Of a stretch of DNA of 64,000 nt, positions 14,862-30,443 are shown in pieces. Position 1 is the stretch's first letter; every line of letters begins with the position of its first letter. A program made the translations under genes and the position numbers. The notes under the pieces were generated by a model. The model did not search any database. It was not told where the DNA came from and saw only the letters and a list, made by a program, of their open reading frames with translations. The stretch lies in assembly GCF_055900595.2 (NCBI RefSeq), contig NZ_CM148325.1; one strand, written 5' to 3'.

Positions 14862-15371
14862 TTATCCTCTTGTCAAAGGGCTTGGATAAAAATCTTCAGA
14901 GTTACGGTATAGCTGCAACTGGCGAGTTCGCGTATTGGTCTGTATGATCATACATGAGAGCCATTCTGATTCAGAATAAGGGTCACTTAAATCCTGAACG
15001 TCCTCATTTGAAAGGATTAATTCACATTCTTTGTCCCTAAAATCCAGCCAGGCTCGCTGTGATTTTTTAAGCAAGTTAAGTTGTTCGGTATCAGGTTTTT
15101 TTACACCTGTGCGTGGCACTTGTTCTATATAACGATAAGCTTCACCATAGGCTTTATTTAATTGCGCATCGACGAGATTGTATTCTTGTCGCAGGCATGA
15201 TTTGATCACGTTAATGTCACTATCATCATCTGAATTTTTTTGCCAACAATCTTTGATGGCTGAAATGTCATGGTCGTTTACTATAAGCGTATCTTCTGCG
15301 TAAACCTGGCAAGAGATAATGCCTAATGTTAATACAAGAAATTTAAACACTGCGGTATTCCTTAAATTCAA
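14862..15371 (-). CDS. yecT: YecT-like periplasmic protein, DUF1311 / LprI lysozyme-inhibitor-like (169 aa)
   Basis: ORF track; signal peptide MNLRNTAVFKFLVLTLGIISCQVYA; position between flhE and argS as in K-12. Confidence 0.8.
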   Translation of the reverse strand: MNLRNTAVFKFLVLTLGIISCQVYAEDTLIVNDHDISAIKDCWQKNSDDDSDINVIKSCLRQEYNLVDAQLNKAYGEAYRYIEQVPRTGVKKPDTEQLNLLKKSQRAWLDFRDKECELILSNEDVQDLSDPYSESEWLSCMIIQTNTRTRQLQLYRNSEDFYPSPLTRG

Positions 15372-15472
15372 CCGTTATCGTTTCCCTGGGGCCGGATATT
15401 ACGCTTCTGACTTCTTACCCAACAGTGAGAAAACGATGGCATGTCCATTTTCAGAATACATTTAGATGGCAA

Positions 15473-15506
15473 TAAAAAAGCCTGATCAGGTAACCCTGAT
15501 CAGGCT
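15473..15506 (-). terminator. Rho-independent terminator downstream of argS
   Basis: Perfect 12-bp stem agcctgatcagg/cctgatcaggct with taac loop; A-run on + strand gives U-tract on minus transcript. Confidence 0.75.
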
Positions 15507-15526
15507 TCACTCTCACGAAAAATCGA

Positions 15527-17260
15527 TTACATACGCTCTACAGTCTCAATACCCAGCGTATCCAGACCCAGCTTCAGCGTCTTCGCCGTCAGTTGTGCCA
15601 GTTTCAGACGGCTGTTACGCACTTCTTCGTTTTCTGCGCTGAGGATCGGGCAGTGCTCGTAGAAGCCAGAGAACAGACCGGCCAGATCGTACAGGTAAGC
15701 ACACATCACATGCGGCGTACCTTCACGGGCAACCACGGTGAGGGTTTCTTCAAACTGCAGCAGGCGAGCTGCCAGTTGCGCTTCACGATCTTCACGGATG
15801 ATTACCGGAGCTGCAGCCAGTTGCTCTTCGTCAATTTCTGCTTTACGGAACACGGACAATACACGCGTGTATGCATACTGCATGTATGGCGCGGTATTAC
15901 CCTCAAACGCCAGCATGTTGTCCCAGTCGAAGATGTAGTCCGTGGTGCGGTTTTTGGAGAGATCCGCATATTTCACCGCACCAATACCAACCGCGTTAGC
16001 CAGTTTTTCCAGCTCGTCGGCTGGCATATCCGGGTTCTTTTCTGCCACCAGACGGCGTGCACGTTCCAGGGCTTCATCCAGCAGATCGGCCAGTTTCACT
16101 GTACCACCCGCGCGGGTTTTGAACGGTTTGCCGTCTTTACCCAGCATCATGCCGAACATGTGGTGTTCCAGCGGTACGGATTCCGGTACATAGCCTGCTT
16201 TACGGACGATCGCCCATGCCTGCATCAGGTGTTGATGCTGACGGGAGTCGATGTAATACAGCACGCGATCGGCATGCAGTGTTTCATAACGATATTTCGC
16301 ACAGGCGATATCAGTGGTGGTGTAGAGATAGCCGCCATCTTTCTTCTGAATGATCACGCCCATCGGTTCGCCTTCCTTGTTTTTAAACTCATCAAGGAAT
16401 ACAACGGTCGCCCCTTCGCTTTCTACTGCCAGACCTTTGGCTTTGAGATCCGCCACAATTCCTGGCAGCATTGGGTTGTAGAGGCTTTCGCCCATCACGT
16501 CATCACGGGTCAGCGTCACGTTGAGACGATCGTAAGTGATCTGGTTCTGCGTCATGGTGATGTCGACCAGTTTGCGCCACATCTCGCGGAAATATTCGTC
16601 ACCGCTTTGCAGTTTTACCACGTAGTTACGTGCACGCTCGGCAAACTCTTCATCTTCGTCGTAATGCTTTTTCGCATCGCGGTAGAAACCTTCAAGGTCA
16701 GCCAGCTCCATTTCACCGGCGTTTTCCTGCTGCTGCTTTTCCAGCCATGCAATCAGCATACCGAACTGAGTGCCCCAGTCGCCGACGTGGTTTGCGCGAA
16801 TCACTTTGTGACCGAGGAACTCCAGAGTACGCACTGCTGCGTCACCAATAATGGTAGAGCGCAGGTGACCGACGTGCATCTCTTTCGCCACGTTTGGCGC
16901 AGAGTAGTCAACCACAATGGTCTGTTTTTCTGGCGTAGCAACACCGAGACGATCGGACGCCAGCGCCTGCTGAACATGTTCAGCCAGGAATGCCGGATCA
17001 AGGAAAATGTTGATAAAGCCTGGACCGGCGATCTCAACTTTGCTGGCGATACCGTTAAGATCCAGATGAGTCAGCACCTGCTCTGCTAATTGTCGCGGTG
17101 CCATACCCAGTTTTTTAGCAACTGCCATCATGCCGTTAGCCTGATAGTCGCCGAACTGAACTTTTGCTGACTGACGAACCTGCGGTTCGCAATCCGCAGG
17201 CGCGCCTGCCGCAATCATGGCCTGACGGACTTTTTCTGAGAGAAGAGCCTGAATATTCAC
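15527..17260 (-). CDS. argS: Arginyl-tRNA synthetase ArgS (577 aa)
   Basis: ORF track; [43 protein letters not shown]... class I HIGH motif (HVGHLRS). Confidence 0.97.
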   Translation of the reverse strand: MNIQALLSEKVRQAMIAAGAPADCEPQVRQSAKVQFGDYQANGMMAVAKKLGMAPRQLAEQVLTHLDLNGIASKVEIAGPGFINIFLDPAFLAEHVQQALASDRLGVATPEKQTIVVDYSAPNVAKEMHVGHLRSTIIGDAAVRTLEFLGHKVIRANHVGDWGTQFGMLIAWLEKQQQENAGEMELADLEGFYRDAKKHYDEDEEFAERARNYVVKLQSGDEYFREMWRKLVDITMTQNQITYDRLNVTLTRDDVMGESLYNPMLPGIVADLKAKGLAVESEGATVVFLDEFKNKEGEPMGVIIQKKDGGYLYTTTDIACAKYRYETLHADRVLYYIDSRQHQHLMQAWAIVRKAGYVPESVPLEHHMFGMMLGKDGKPFKTRAGGTVKLADLLDEALERARRLVAEKNPDMPADELEKLANAVGIGAVKYADLSKNRTTDYIFDWDNMLAFEGNTAPYMQYAYTRVLSVFRKAEIDEEQLAAAPVIIREDREAQLAARLLQFEETLTVVAREGTPHVMCAYLYDLAGLFSGFYEHCPILSAENEEVRNSRLKLAQLTAKTLKLGLDTLGIETVERM

Positions 17261-17475
17261 CGGAATACCTTACATTGATGAAGCGAGCAAAAATTGCCCG
17301 CACCAGTTAAAGAAATTAGGGCGGGAGTATACTGCAAATGGCTGTTTTCGTCAGCAACGTGCGCGTGGCGTATTGCCGTTTTCACTATTGCATCAGAAGC
17401 GGCGTGAAATCAGCGGTTGGTTGGCACAGGGCAACAGGGTAAATTAACGCTTTTACTGAAAGACGAAGAGTGATT

Positions 17476-18042
17476 ATGGCGAACTGGCAATCTATCGACG
17501 AGCTGCAGGATATTGCATCGGATTTACCGCGATTTACCCACGCATTAGATGAACTTTCCCGCTGTCTGGGGTTGAATATCACTCCGCTGACTGCCGATCA
17601 CATTTCTTTGCGTTGCCATCAAAACGCCACTGCTGAACGCTGGCGTCGCGGGTTTGAACAGTGTGGCGAGCTTTTGTCAGAAAATATGATCAATGGCAGA
17701 CCGATTTGTCTGTTTAAATTGCATGAACCGGTACAGGTTGCGCACTGGCAGTTTTCTATTGTGGAGCTACCGTGGCCCGGGGAAAAACGTTACCCACACG
17801 AAGGTTGGGAACATATTGAAATCGTTCTGCCGGGTGATCCAGAAACGCTGAATGCCCGTGCGCTGGCATTGCTTTCTGATGAAGGACTCAGCCTACCGGG
17901 GATCTCAGTGAAAACCAGTTCGCCAAAAGGTGAGCATGAGCGATTACCGAATCCGACGCTGGCGGTCACCGATGGCAAAACAACTATTAAGTTTCATCCG
18001 TGGTCCATTGAAGAGATCGTTGCCAGCGAGCAGTCGGCGTAA
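17476..18042 (+). CDS. yecM: YecM, VOC-family (glyoxalase-like fold) protein (188 aa)
   Basis: ORF track 17470..18042 trimmed to ATG 17476 (MANWQSIDELQDIASDLPRFTHALDEL...). Confidence 0.88.
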   Translation: MANWQSIDELQDIASDLPRFTHALDELSRCLGLNITPLTADHISLRCHQNATAERWRRGFEQCGELLSENMINGRPICLFKLHEPVQVAHWQFSIVELPWPGEKRYPHEGWEHIEIVLPGDPETLNARALALLSDEGLSLPGISVKTSSPKGEHERLPNPTLAVTDGKTTIKFHPWSIEEIVASEQSA

Positions 18043-18046
18043 TTAA

Positions 18047-18883
<837 letters not shown>

Positions 18884-19189
18884 CCCTGAGCAGTATAAAA
18901 AACGAACGATAACCGTGATCTGTTGAGCGGGTGACAGTGCGCATAGCGTTGTGCTAAAAATATTTTTTATATTCACATTGATTATGGGATTTAAATTGCT
19001 AAAACTGATAAATATATATTCTAAATAGCAACTGGGTTATTCCTTAGCAATTAATGATTACATTGTAATAAATCATATTCTTTATCGATTATTTCAGGCA
19101 GTGTTGTGCCGAGTTATGCAAGCGGTTAATTCGTTGTGTATTTAATTATACAATGATTTCGGTGTTCTGGAATTTATTTAGAGGAATCT

Positions 19190-20290
19190 ATGCGAGGGAA
19201 AAAACGCATTGGGTTATTGTTTTTGCTGATAGCGGTTGTGGTTGGTGGCGGCGGGTTATTGCTGGCGCAAAAAGCCTTACATAAAACGTCGGATACAGCA
19301 TTTTGCCTTTCCTGCCACTCGATGAGTAAACCTTTTGAGGAATATCAGGGAACTGTCCACTTTTCGAACCAGAAAGGGATACGTGCGGAATGTGCCGATT
19401 GCCATATTCCAAAGTCAGGGATGGATTATTTATTTGCTAAATTAAAAGCTTCCAAAGATATTTATCATGAATTTGTTAGCGGCAAAATAGACAGTGACGA
19501 TAAGTTCGAAACTCATCGCCAGGAAATGGCCGAAACAGTATGGAAAGAATTAAAAGCAACTGACTCTGCAACGTGCCGTAGTTGCCATTCTTTTGATGCC
19601 ATGGATATTGCCTCGCAAAGTGAATCTGCGCAGAAAATGCATAACAAAGCACAAAAGGGCGGCGAAACCTGTATCGATTGTCATAAAGGCATTGCCCATT
19701 TTCCGCCAGAAATAAAAATGGATGACAACGCGGCGCATGAGCTGGAAAGTCAGACCGCTACTTCAGTGACTAATGGCGCACATATTTATCCTTTCAAAAC
19801 TTCTCGCATAGGCGAGCTGGCTACCGTGAATCCTGGTACCGATCTCACCGTCGTTGATGCCAGTGGCAAACAGCCGATCGTTCTGTTGCAGGGTTATCAA
19901 ATGCAGGGCAGTGAAAACACGCTCTACCTGGCGGCAGGTCAACGGCTGGCGCTAGCCACATTAAGTGAAGAAGGTATCAAGGCGCTCACGGTAAACGGGG
20001 AATGGCAGGCTGACGAATACGGCAATCAATGGCGTCAGGCGTCTTTACAGGGTGCGCTTACCGATCCCGCATTAGCGGACCGTAAACCGCTATGGCAATA
20101 CGCTGAAAAACTTGACGATACCTATTGCGCTGGTTGTCATGCCCCTATTGCCGCCGACCATTACACCGTCAATGCGTGGCCGTCCATTGCCAAAGGAATG
20201 GGGGCACGAACCAGCATGAGCGAAAACGAACTGGACATTTTAACGCGGTATTTCCAGTACAACGCCAAAGATATTACCGAGAAACAGTGA
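19190..20290 (+). CDS. torY: TorY, membrane-anchored pentahaem c-type cytochrome (NapC/NirT family, 366 aa)
   Basis: ORF track; N-terminal TM anchor; five CxxCH motifs (CLSCH, CADCH, CRSCH, CIDCH, CAGCH). Confidence 0.93.
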   Translation: MRGKKRIGLLFLLIAVVVGGGGLLLAQKALHKTSDTAFCLSCHSMSKPFEEYQGTVHFSNQKGIRAECADCHIPKSGMDYLFAKLKASKDIYHEFVSGKIDSDDKFETHRQEMAETVWKELKATDSATCRSCHSFDAMDIASQSESAQKMHNKAQKGGETCIDCHKGIAHFPPEIKMDDNAAHELESQTATSVTNGAHIYPFKTSRIGELATVNPGTDLTVVDASGKQPIVLLQGYQMQGSENTLYLAAGQRLALATLSEEGIKALTVNGEWQADEYGNQWRQASLQGALTDPALADRKPLWQYAEKLDDTYCAGCHAPIAADHYTVNAWPSIAKGMGARTSMSENELDILTRYFQYNAKDITEKQ

Positions 20291-20314
20291 TCCTCGTTGA
20301 TCAGGGAGGAAGTT

Positions 20315-22744
20315 ATGACATTAACAAGACGTGAATTTATTAAACACAGCGGTATTGCCGCTGGGGCGCTGGTGGTGACATCGGCTGCACCGCTACCCGC
20401 ATGGGCAGAAGAGAAGGGGGGCAAAATCCTCACCGCGGGCCGTTGGGGAGCGATGAACGTAGAAGTGAAGGACGGGAAGATTGTTTCTTCGACAGGCGCG
20501 CTGGCGAAAACCATACCGAACTCCTTACAGTCTACGGCGGCGGATCAGGTACATACAACGGCGCGTATTCAGCATCCGATGGTGAGAAAAAGCTATCTCG
20601 ATAATCCACTGCAACCGGCGAAAGGTCGTGGCGAAGATACCTATGTACAGGTGAGCTGGGAACAAGCATTAAAACTTATTCATGAGCAACACGATCGCAT
20701 TCGCAAAGCTAACGGACCATCGGCCATTTTTGCCGGATCTTACGGCTGGCGCTCTTCTGGCGTGTTACATAAAGCGCAAACCTTACTGCAACGTTATATG
20801 AATCTTGCGGGCGGTTATTCAGGGCATAGCGGCGATTATTCAACCGGGGCGGCACAGGTAATCATGCCGCACGTGGTGGGTTCCGTGGAGGTGTATGAAC
20901 AGCAGACCTCCTGGCCACTGATTCTGGAAAACAGTCAGGTGGTGGTGTTGTGGGGGATGAACCCGCTGAATACCTTAAAAATTGCCTGGAGCAGTACCGA
21001 TGAGCAAGGTCTGGAATACTTCCATCAGCTGAAAAAATCTGGCAAACCAGTGATTGCCATTGATCCTATCCGCTCCGAAACCATCGAATTCTTTGGCAAT
21101 AATGCCACCTGGATCGCGCCGAATATGGGCACCGACGTGGCACTGATGTTAGGGATTGCACATACCCTGATGACACAAGGCAAACACGACAAAGTGTTCC
21201 TTGAAAAATACACCACCGGATATCCGCAATTTGAAGAGTACCTCGCAGGTAAGAGCGATAATACGCCGAAGAACGCGGCCTGGGCGGCGGAAATTACTGG
21301 CGTAGCGGAAGCGCAGATAGTCAAACTCGCCGAACTGATGGCGGCGAATCGCACAATGCTGATGGCAGGCTGGGGAATTCAACGCCAGCAATATGGTGAA
21401 CAGAAACACTGGATGCTGGTGACGCTGGCGGCGATGTTAGGGCAGATTGGTACACCGGGCGGCGGGTTTGGTTTCTCTTATCATTACTCAAACGGTGGCA
21501 ACCCGACGCGTGTTGGCGGCGTGCTGCCGGAAATGTCTGCGGCGATTGCCGGACAGGCCAGCGAGGAAGCTGATGATGGCGGAATGACGGCGATTCCTGT
21601 CGCCCGTATTGTTGATGCGCTGGAAAATCCTGGCGGCAAATATCAGCATAACGGTAAAGAACAAACGTATCCGAATATCAAAATGATCTGGTGGGCGGGT
21701 GGCGGTAACTTTACCCATCACCAGGATACCAATCGTCTGATTAAAGCATGGCAGAAACCGGAGATGATCGTCGTTTCTGAATGCTACTGGACCGCAGCTG
21801 CTAAACATGCAGATATCGTATTACCGATCACTACATCGTTTGAGCGCAATGACTTGACGATGACCGGTGATTACAGCAACCAGCATATTGTACCGATGAA
21901 GCAGGCTGTCGCTCCGCAATTTGAAGCGCGTAACGATTTTGATGTGTTTGCCGATCTTGCTGAATTACTCAAACCTGGCGGAAAAGAGATCTATACCGAA
22001 GGTAGAGATGAAATGGCGTGGCTGAAATTTTTCTATGATGCCGCTCAGAAAGGTGCGCGTGCGCAACGCGTGACTATGCCGATGTTTAATGCTTTCTGGC
22101 AGCAAAATAAACTGATCGAAATGCGCCGCAGCGAGAAGAACGAACAGTACGTTCGTTATGCTGATTTCCGCGCCGATCCGGTGAAAAATGCGCTGGGTAC
22201 GCCAAGCGGCAAAATTGAGATCTACTCTAAAACGCTGGAAAAATTTGGCTATAAGGATTGTCCGGCACACCCAACCTGGCTTGCGCCTGATGAGTGGAAG
22301 GGTGCCGCCGACGAGAAACAGTTGCAGCTTCTGACCGCGCATCCGGCACACCGTTTACACAGTCAGCTTAACTATGCTGAGTTGCGTAAAAAATATGCGG
22401 TTGCCGATCGTGAGCCGATCACTATTCACACCGAAGATGCTGCTCGCTTTGGTATTGCGAATGGCGATCTGGTGCGTGTCTGGAACAAACGTGGTCAAAT
22501 CCTGACAGGCGCGGTGGTGACTGACGGGATTAAAAAAGGCGTGGTATGCGTGCATGAAGGTGCATGGCCGGATCTGGAAAATGGCCTGTGTAAAAACGGC
22601 AGTGCGAACGTGTTAACGGCGGATATTCCCAGCTCGCAGCTGGCGAATGCCTGTGCCGGTAACTCTGCGCTGGTGTATATCGAAAAATATACGGGCAATG
22701 CACCGAAGTTAACGGCGTTTGATCAGCCAGCTGTTCAGGCATAA
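20315..22744 (+). CDS. torZ: TorZ (BisZ) periplasmic molybdoenzyme, TMAO/biotin-sulfoxide reductase 2 (809 aa)
   Basis: ORF track 20297..22744 trimmed to ATG 20315 ([21 protein letters not shown]... twin-arginine Tat signal). Confidence 0.94.
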   Translation: MTLTRREFIKHSGIAAGALVVTSAAPLPAWAEEKGGKILTAGRWGAMNVEVKDGKIVSSTGALAKTIPNSLQSTAADQVHTTARIQHPMVRKSYLDNPLQPAKGRGEDTYVQVSWEQALKLIHEQHDRIRKANGPSAIFAGSYGWRSSGVLHKAQTLLQRYMNLAGGYSGHSGDYSTGAAQVIMPHVVGSVEVYEQQTSWPLILENSQVVVLWGMNPLNTLKIAWSSTDEQGLEYFHQLKKSGKPVIAIDPIRSETIEFFGNNATWIAPNMGTDVALMLGIAHTLMTQGKHDKVFLEKYTTGYPQFEEYLAGKSDNTPKNAAWAAEITGVAEAQIVKLAELMAANRTMLMAGWGIQRQQYGEQKHWMLVTLAAMLGQIGTPGGGFGFSYHYSNGGNPTRVGGVLPEMSAAIAGQASEEADDGGMTAIPVARIVDALENPGGKYQHNGKEQTYPNIKMIWWAGGGNFTHHQDTNRLIKAWQKPEMIVVSECYWTAAAKHADIVLPITTSFERNDLTMTGDYSNQHIVPMKQAVAPQFEARNDFDVFADLAELLKPGGKEIYTEGRDEMAWLKFFYDAAQKGARAQRVTMPMFNAFWQQNKLIEMRRSEKNEQYVRYADFRADPVKNALGTPSGKIEIYSKTLEKFGYKDCPAHPTWLAPDEWKGAADEKQLQLLTAHPAHRLHSQLNYAELRKKYAVADREPITIHTEDAARFGIANGDLVRVWNKRGQILTGAVVTDGIKKGVVCVHEGAWPDLENGLCKNGSANVLTADIPSSQLANACAGNSALVYIEKYTGNAPKLTAFDQPAVQA

Positions 22745-22799
22745 GACGTGAAAAGCGCCCGGAAACGGGCGCTAAATTGCTGAGAAAGTGTGCTTTGTT

Positions 22800-22902
22800 C
22801 ATGCCGGATGCGACGTGAACGCCTTATCCGGCCTACAAAATTGTGCAAATTCAATATATTGCAGGAGATGAGTAGGCCTGATAAGCGTAGCGCATCAGGC
22901 AG
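22800..22902. repeat. REP/BIME cluster between convergent torZ and cmoB
   Basis: tgccggatgcgacgtgaacgccttatccggcctac and taggcctgataagcgtagcgcatcaggca palindromic REP units. Confidence 0.65.
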
Positions 22903-22951
22903 TTTTTGCGTTTGTCATCTATCTCAGCGCCCGGAAATGGGCGCTAAATTT

Positions 22952-25099
<2,148 letters not shown>

Positions 25100-25151
25100 A
25101 CAAACTCCCTTTAAAATGGCCGATGGCACCTGTCTATGATAGGTGGCAAAT

Positions 25152-25970
25152 TCAGAAAAGAGAAGATTGCTGTGGAATAGCCGGAACTGCTCCGATCTCT
25201 GGAAGCGTTTTACGTAAGTCTTCCCACAGGGTATGTACCAGTTCCGGTGCCTGGGCAATATCTGGCGTATGTAAAAAAAGATAAGGCGTAGTGGTCTGAT
25301 GCCACTGCGCTAATTTTTGTAACCAAACCTGAAACAACTCTCGGTTTTGCGTCATATCATCACTACCGATAAAACGGATCAGCGGATTTGTCGCCGTCAG
25401 CACAGCATGTACGGGAACTTTAGGTTTTTTCCGTTGAGCGTCGCGAATAGCTTCACTGTGTGGGCGTGCTGCATGAACCGGGCGGCTGTCTAAAATCACC
25501 CGATTAACGCCGCGCTGATGTAAACCGCGATTAAGTGTTTGTTCCTCTTCCCCTTTGGCGAAAAACTGTGGATGTCGGACTTCCACACCATAATTAAACT
25601 CGCCGGGAAGAGAGTCGAGAAAATGCCAAAGCGCAGGCAGATCCCGTGGGCCAAATGTGGCAGGCAGTTGCAGCCAGTATTGCCCAATGCGCGGCGCTAA
25701 CGGTGACAAGCGAGTCAAAAATCCAGTTACTAAATCATCGCAATGCCGTAATGCTGCCTGATGCGAAATGGTCGCCGGAAACTTAAAACAGAAGCGAAAA
25801 TTATCTGTGGTCTGCTCACGCCAGCGCAGGACAACCTCGGGTTTCGGCAGAGCGTATAGCGTGGTGTTGCCCTCCACACAGTTAAAATGGCGGGCATACT
25901 CTTCCAGGCTGGTTATCCCCAGACGGATCCATTTAGGATGCGACCATTGCGGCAGACCGATGTAAATCAT
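25152..25970 (-). CDS. yecE: YecE, DUF72-family protein (272 aa)
   Basis: ORF track; [42 protein letters not shown]... Confidence 0.9.
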   Translation of the reverse strand: MIYIGLPQWSHPKWIRLGITSLEEYARHFNCVEGNTTLYALPKPEVVLRWREQTTDNFRFCFKFPATISHQAALRHCDDLVTGFLTRLSPLAPRIGQYWLQLPATFGPRDLPALWHFLDSLPGEFNYGVEVRHPQFFAKGEEEQTLNRGLHQRGVNRVILDSRPVHAARPHSEAIRDAQRKKPKVPVHAVLTATNPLIRFIGSDDMTQNRELFQVWLQKLAQWHQTTTPYLFLHTPDIAQAPELVHTLWEDLRKTLPEIGAVPAIPQQSSLF

Positions 25971-26533
25971 AATGCGTTGAGGATCTCTTCCACACTGCGC
26001 ACACGGGCGATGCGTGGGTAGATATGGTTGATGCTGTTATTGTGCTGCTCGGCGCTGGCGGCGCTGCAGGCGTCTTCGGCAATCACCAGATTAAAACCAA
26101 GTTCCCAGGCATTGCGGGCGGTGGATTCAACACCGATATTGGTCGAGATCCCACATAATACTATTGTATCGATACCCCGGCGGCGTAATTGCAACTCCAG
26201 ATCCGTACCGTAAAACGCACCCCATTGACGTTTGATGATTTCGATATCGCTGTCGGTTGCACCTAATGCAGCAGGATGTTGCCACCAGTTTTCGGGTAAC
26301 ACTTTAGCGGGGGAGGGGGCATCAACCGGCTGTTTTAATGCTTCGGCATAATCGGCAGACCAGCCAACGCGCACCAGAAACACGGGCTGACTGCTCGCGC
26401 GAAATTTCGCCGCCAGCTTCCCGGCGCGATTAACCACCTCATCGGCAGTATGCGGGCCACCGGCAAAAGGTAAGATGCCTTCTTGTAAATCAATCACCAC
26501 CAGCGCAGTGGTTTTAGCATTCAGTTCAAGCAT
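25967..26533 (-). CDS. yecD: YecD, isochorismatase-family hydrolase (188 aa)
   Basis: ORF track; [34 protein letters not shown]...; 4-nt overlap with yecE. Confidence 0.9.
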   Translation of the reverse strand: MLELNAKTTALVVIDLQEGILPFAGGPHTADEVVNRAGKLAAKFRASSQPVFLVRVGWSADYAEALKQPVDAPSPAKVLPENWWQHPAALGATDSDIEIIKRQWGAFYGTDLELQLRRRGIDTIVLCGISTNIGVESTARNAWELGFNLVIAEDACSAASAEQHNNSINHIYPRIARVRSVEEILNAL

Positions 26534-26842
26534 GTTGTCTCCTGATAAAACGAAATCGTGCCTTTCACCTTAATGCGATTAGCTGATGGCGGAACGACAA
26601 ATTTTGTTAATTTTTATGAGTTCGGGCAACACCTTTATAGCAAACTGGCGTAGAGTCTGATTTCAGGCCCGATATAAAGTGGTAACGAGGCGTTCCAGCG
26701 CGGGCCAGGCTCTTACGGTGCGGCAGAATTTCCAGTATAATAGCCGCCTTTTTTCATTCAGTTGTGACATACAGCTAACGCTGCGACTTGGTCACCTGCG
26801 CAGCAGGGGGCATCCGCCGGCAGCTAAGTTAAGGGATATCTC

Positions 26843-28615
26843 ATGCGTACAGAATATTGTGGACAGCTCCGTTTGTCCCACGTGGGGCAGCAGGTGACTC
26901 TGTGTGGTTGGGTCAACCGTCGTCGTGATCTTGGTAGCCTGATCTTCATCGATATGCGCGACCGCGAAGGTATCGTGCAGGTATTTTTCGATCCGGATCG
27001 TGCGGACGCGTTAAAGCTGGCCTCTGAACTGCGTAATGAGTTCTGCATTCAGGTCACGGGCACCGTACGTGCGCGTGACGAAAAAAATATCAACCGCGAT
27101 ATGGCGACCGGCGAAATCGAAGTGCTGGCCTCCTCGCTGACCATCATCAACCGCGCAGACGTTCTGCCGCTTGACTCTAACCACGTCAACACCGAAGAAG
27201 CGCGACTGAAATACCGCTACCTCGACCTGCGTCGTCCGGAAATGGCTCAGCGCCTGAAAACCCGCGCTAAAATCACCAGCCTGGTGCGCCGTTTTATGGA
27301 TGACCACGGCTTCCTCGACATCGAAACTCCGATGCTGACCAAAGCCACGCCGGAAGGCGCGCGTGACTACCTGGTGCCTTCTCGTGTGCACAAAGGGAAA
27401 TTCTACGCACTGCCGCAGTCTCCGCAGCTGTTCAAACAGCTGCTGATGATGTCTGGTTTTGACCGCTACTATCAGATTGTAAAATGCTTCCGTGACGAAG
27501 ACCTGCGTGCTGATCGTCAGCCTGAATTCACCCAGATCGATGTGGAAACCTCTTTCATGACCGCGCCGCAAGTGCGTGAAGTGATGGAAGCGCTGGTACG
27601 CCATTTGTGGCTGGAAGTGAAGGGCGTGGATCTCGGTGATTTCCCTGTAATGACCTTTGCGGAAGCAGAACGCCGTTATGGTTCTGATAAACCGGATCTG
27701 CGTAACCCGATGGAACTGACTGACGTTGCTGATCTGCTGAAATCCGTTGAGTTCGCGGTATTCGCAGGTCCGGCGAACGATCCGAAAGGCCGCGTTGCCG
27801 CTCTGCGTGTTCCGGGTGGCGCATCGCTGACCCGTAAGCAGATCGACGAATACGGTAACTTCGTTAAAATCTACGGCGCGAAAGGTCTGGCGTACATCAA
27901 AGTTAACGAACGTGCGAAAGGTCTGGAAGGTATCAACAGCCCGGTAGCGAAGTTCCTCAACGCTGAAATCATCGAAGCCATCCTGGATCGTACTGCCGCG
28001 CAAGATGGCGATATGATTTTCTTCGGTGCTGATAACAAGAAAATTGTTGCCGACGCGATGGGCGCATTGCGTCTGAAAGTGGGTAAAGACCTTGGTCTGA
28101 CCGACGAAAGCAAATGGGCACCGCTGTGGGTTATCGACTTCCCGATGTTTGAAGACGACGGTGAAGGCGGCCTGACGGCAATGCACCATCCGTTCACCTC
28201 ACCGAAAGACATGACGGCGGCAGAGTTGAAAGCTGCACCGGAAAATGCGGTGGCGAACGCTTACGATATGGTCATCAATGGTTACGAAGTGGGCGGTGGT
28301 TCTGTGCGTATCCATAATGGGGATATGCAGCAGACGGTGTTTGGTATTCTGGGGATCAACGAAGAGGAACAGCGCGAGAAATTCGGCTTCCTGCTCGACG
28401 CCCTGAAATACGGTACTCCGCCGCACGCAGGTCTGGCATTCGGTCTTGACCGTCTGACCATGCTGCTGACCGGTACCGACAACATCCGTGACGTTATCGC
28501 CTTCCCGAAAACCACGGCGGCAGCGTGTCTGATGACCGAAGCGCCAAGCTTTGCTAACCCGACTGCTCTGTCCGAGCTGAGCATTCAGGTTGTGAAGAAG
28601 GCAGAGAATAATTGA
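26843..28615 (+). CDS. aspS: Aspartyl-tRNA synthetase AspS (590 aa)
   Basis: ORF track; [43 protein letters not shown]...; class II motifs. Confidence 0.97.
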   Translation: MRTEYCGQLRLSHVGQQVTLCGWVNRRRDLGSLIFIDMRDREGIVQVFFDPDRADALKLASELRNEFCIQVTGTVRARDEKNINRDMATGEIEVLASSLTIINRADVLPLDSNHVNTEEARLKYRYLDLRRPEMAQRLKTRAKITSLVRRFMDDHGFLDIETPMLTKATPEGARDYLVPSRVHKGKFYALPQSPQLFKQLLMMSGFDRYYQIVKCFRDEDLRADRQPEFTQIDVETSFMTAPQVREVMEALVRHLWLEVKGVDLGDFPVMTFAEAERRYGSDKPDLRNPMELTDVADLLKSVEFAVFAGPANDPKGRVAALRVPGGASLTRKQIDEYGNFVKIYGAKGLAYIKVNERAKGLEGINSPVAKFLNAEIIEAILDRTAAQDGDMIFFGADNKKIVADAMGALRLKVGKDLGLTDESKWAPLWVIDFPMFEDDGEGGLTAMHHPFTSPKDMTAAELKAAPENAVANAYDMVINGYEVGGGSVRIHNGDMQQTVFGILGINEEEQREKFGFLLDALKYGTPPHAGLAFGLDRLTMLLTGTDNIRDVIAFPKTTAAACLMTEAPSFANPTALSELSIQVVKKAENN

Positions 28616-28616
28616 T

Positions 28617-29060
28617 ATGACTTATAAGCGTCCCGTTTCTATTCTGGTGGTTATTTATGCGCAAGATACGAAACGGGTGCTGATGTTACAGCGGCGTGAT
28701 GATCCCGATTTCTGGCAGTCAGTAACCGGCAGTGTGGAAGAGGGGGAAACCGCGCCGCAAGCCGCCATGCGCGAAGTAAAGGAAGAGGTCACCATTGATG
28801 TTGTCGCTGAACAACTGGCCTTAATTGACTGTCAGCGCACGGTGGAGTTTGAAATTTTTTCACATTTACGTCATCGCTATGCGCCGGGCGTAACGCGTAA
28901 TACGGAATCTTGGTTCTGTCTTGCACTCCCGCACGAGCGCCAGATCGTTTTCACTGAACATCTGGCCTACAAGTGGCTTGATGCGCATGCTGCGGCGGCG
29001 CTCACAAAGTCATGGAGCAACCGGCAGGCGATTGAACAGTTTGTAATTAACGCTGCCTGA
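28617..29060 (+). CDS. nudB: Dihydroneopterin triphosphate pyrophosphatase NudB (Nudix hydrolase, 147 aa as called)
   Basis: ORF track; Nudix box [21 protein letters not shown]; starts 2 nt after aspS stop; in-frame TGA at 28593 excludes a longer N-terminus. Confidence 0.88.
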
Positions 29061-29088
29061 ACAGGCAGGGCTACCTGGAGATATTTTT

Positions 29089-29829
29089 ATGGCAGGTCAT
29101 AGTAAATGGGCCAACACCAGACATCGTAAAGCTGCGCAGGATGCTAAGCGCGGTAAAATCTTCACTAAAATCATTCGTGAACTGGTAACCGCGGCGAAGC
29201 TGGGCGGTGGAGATCCGGATGCTAACCCGCGTCTGCGAGCAGCCATTGACAAAGCACTGTCTAACAACATGACCCGTGACACCCTGAACCGCGCAATTGC
29301 CCGTGGTGTGGGTGGTGATGATGATGCAAACATGGAAACCATCATCTACGAAGGTTACGGTCCTGGCGGCACGGCAATCATGATTGAATGTCTGTCTGAT
29401 AACCGCAACCGTACCGTTGCTGAAGTGCGTCACGCATTCAGCAAATGTGGCGGTAACCTCGGTACTGATGGTTCCGTAGCCTATCTGTTCAGCAAAAAAG
29501 GCGTGATCTCCTTCGAGAAAGGCGATGAAGACACCATCATGGAAGCAGCTCTGGAAGCTGGTGCTGAAGATGTTGTGACCTATGATGATGGCGCGATTGA
29601 CGTCTACACTGCATGGGAGGAAATGGGCAAAGTACGCGACGCTCTGGAAGCGGCAGGTCTGAAAGCAGACAGCGCGGAAGTTTCCATGATCCCGTCCACC
29701 AAAGCTGATATGGATGCAGAAACCGCACCGAAACTGATGCGTCTGATCGATATGCTGGAAGATTGCGACGACGTGCAGGAAGTCTACCATAACGGTGAAA
29801 TCTCTGATGAGGTTGCAGCGACTCTCTGA
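29089..29829 (+). CDS. yebC: YebC/PmpR-family transcriptional regulator (246 aa)
   Basis: ORF track; [49 protein letters not shown]... Confidence 0.95.
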
Positions 29830-29863
29830 TGAGGCCTGCTAAACAGCAAAACGGAGACGCGTG

Positions 29864-30385
29864 ATGGCTATTATTCTCGGCATTGACCCGGGTTCGCGCG
29901 TGACCGGCTATGGCGTCATCCGCCAGGTAGGCAGGCAGCTGTCCTACCTGGGTAGCGGATGTATACGCACCAAAGTGGATGATTTACCGTCTCGTCTTAA
30001 GCTCATCTATGCGGGCGTGACGGAAATCATCACCCAGTTCCAGCCTGATTATTTCGCCATTGAACAAGTCTTTATGGCTAAAAATGCCGACTCGGCCCTG
30101 AAGCTGGGGCAGGCGCGTGGCGTGGCGATTGTGGCGGCGGTGAATCAGGAATTACCGGTATTTGAATACGCGGCACGTCAGGTAAAGCAAACGGTGGTAG
30201 GTATTGGTAGTGCCGAAAAAAGCCAGGTGCAGCATATGGTTCGCACCTTGCTGAAACTCCCCGCTAATCCTCAGGCGGATGCCGCTGATGCGCTGGCAAT
30301 TGCCATCACCCACTGCCACGTTAGTCAGAATGCGATGCAGATGAGCGAATCGCGGCTGAACCTGGCTCGCGGGAGACTGCGTTAA
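29864..30385 (+). CDS. ruvC: Holliday junction resolvase RuvC (173 aa)
   Basis: ORF track 29861..30385 trimmed to ATG 29864 ([19 protein letters not shown]...). Confidence 0.95.
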
Positions 30386-30443
30386 TAAGATTCAGGGAAT
30401 ATTCATTGCCGACTGGCAATTACTAGGGCAGGGAGTGCCTCTG

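Noticed and set aside
15593-17089. 498-aa ORF on the + strand
   Set aside because: Lies entirely antisense to argS, whose product is unambiguous; no RBS context and no recognisable protein features; a long open antisense frame in a highly expressed gene is a common artefact.
26679-26897. 72-aa ORF upstream of and overlapping the aspS start
   Set aside because: Different frame overlapping the aspS start and leader region; no recognisable product; likely non-coding.
27011-28189. 392-aa ORF on the - strand
   Set aside because: Antisense to aspS; Arg/His-rich low-complexity translation typical of a spurious frame.
29071-29790. 239-aa ORF on the - strand
   Set aside because: Antisense to yebC; Cys/His/Phe-rich nonsense translation.
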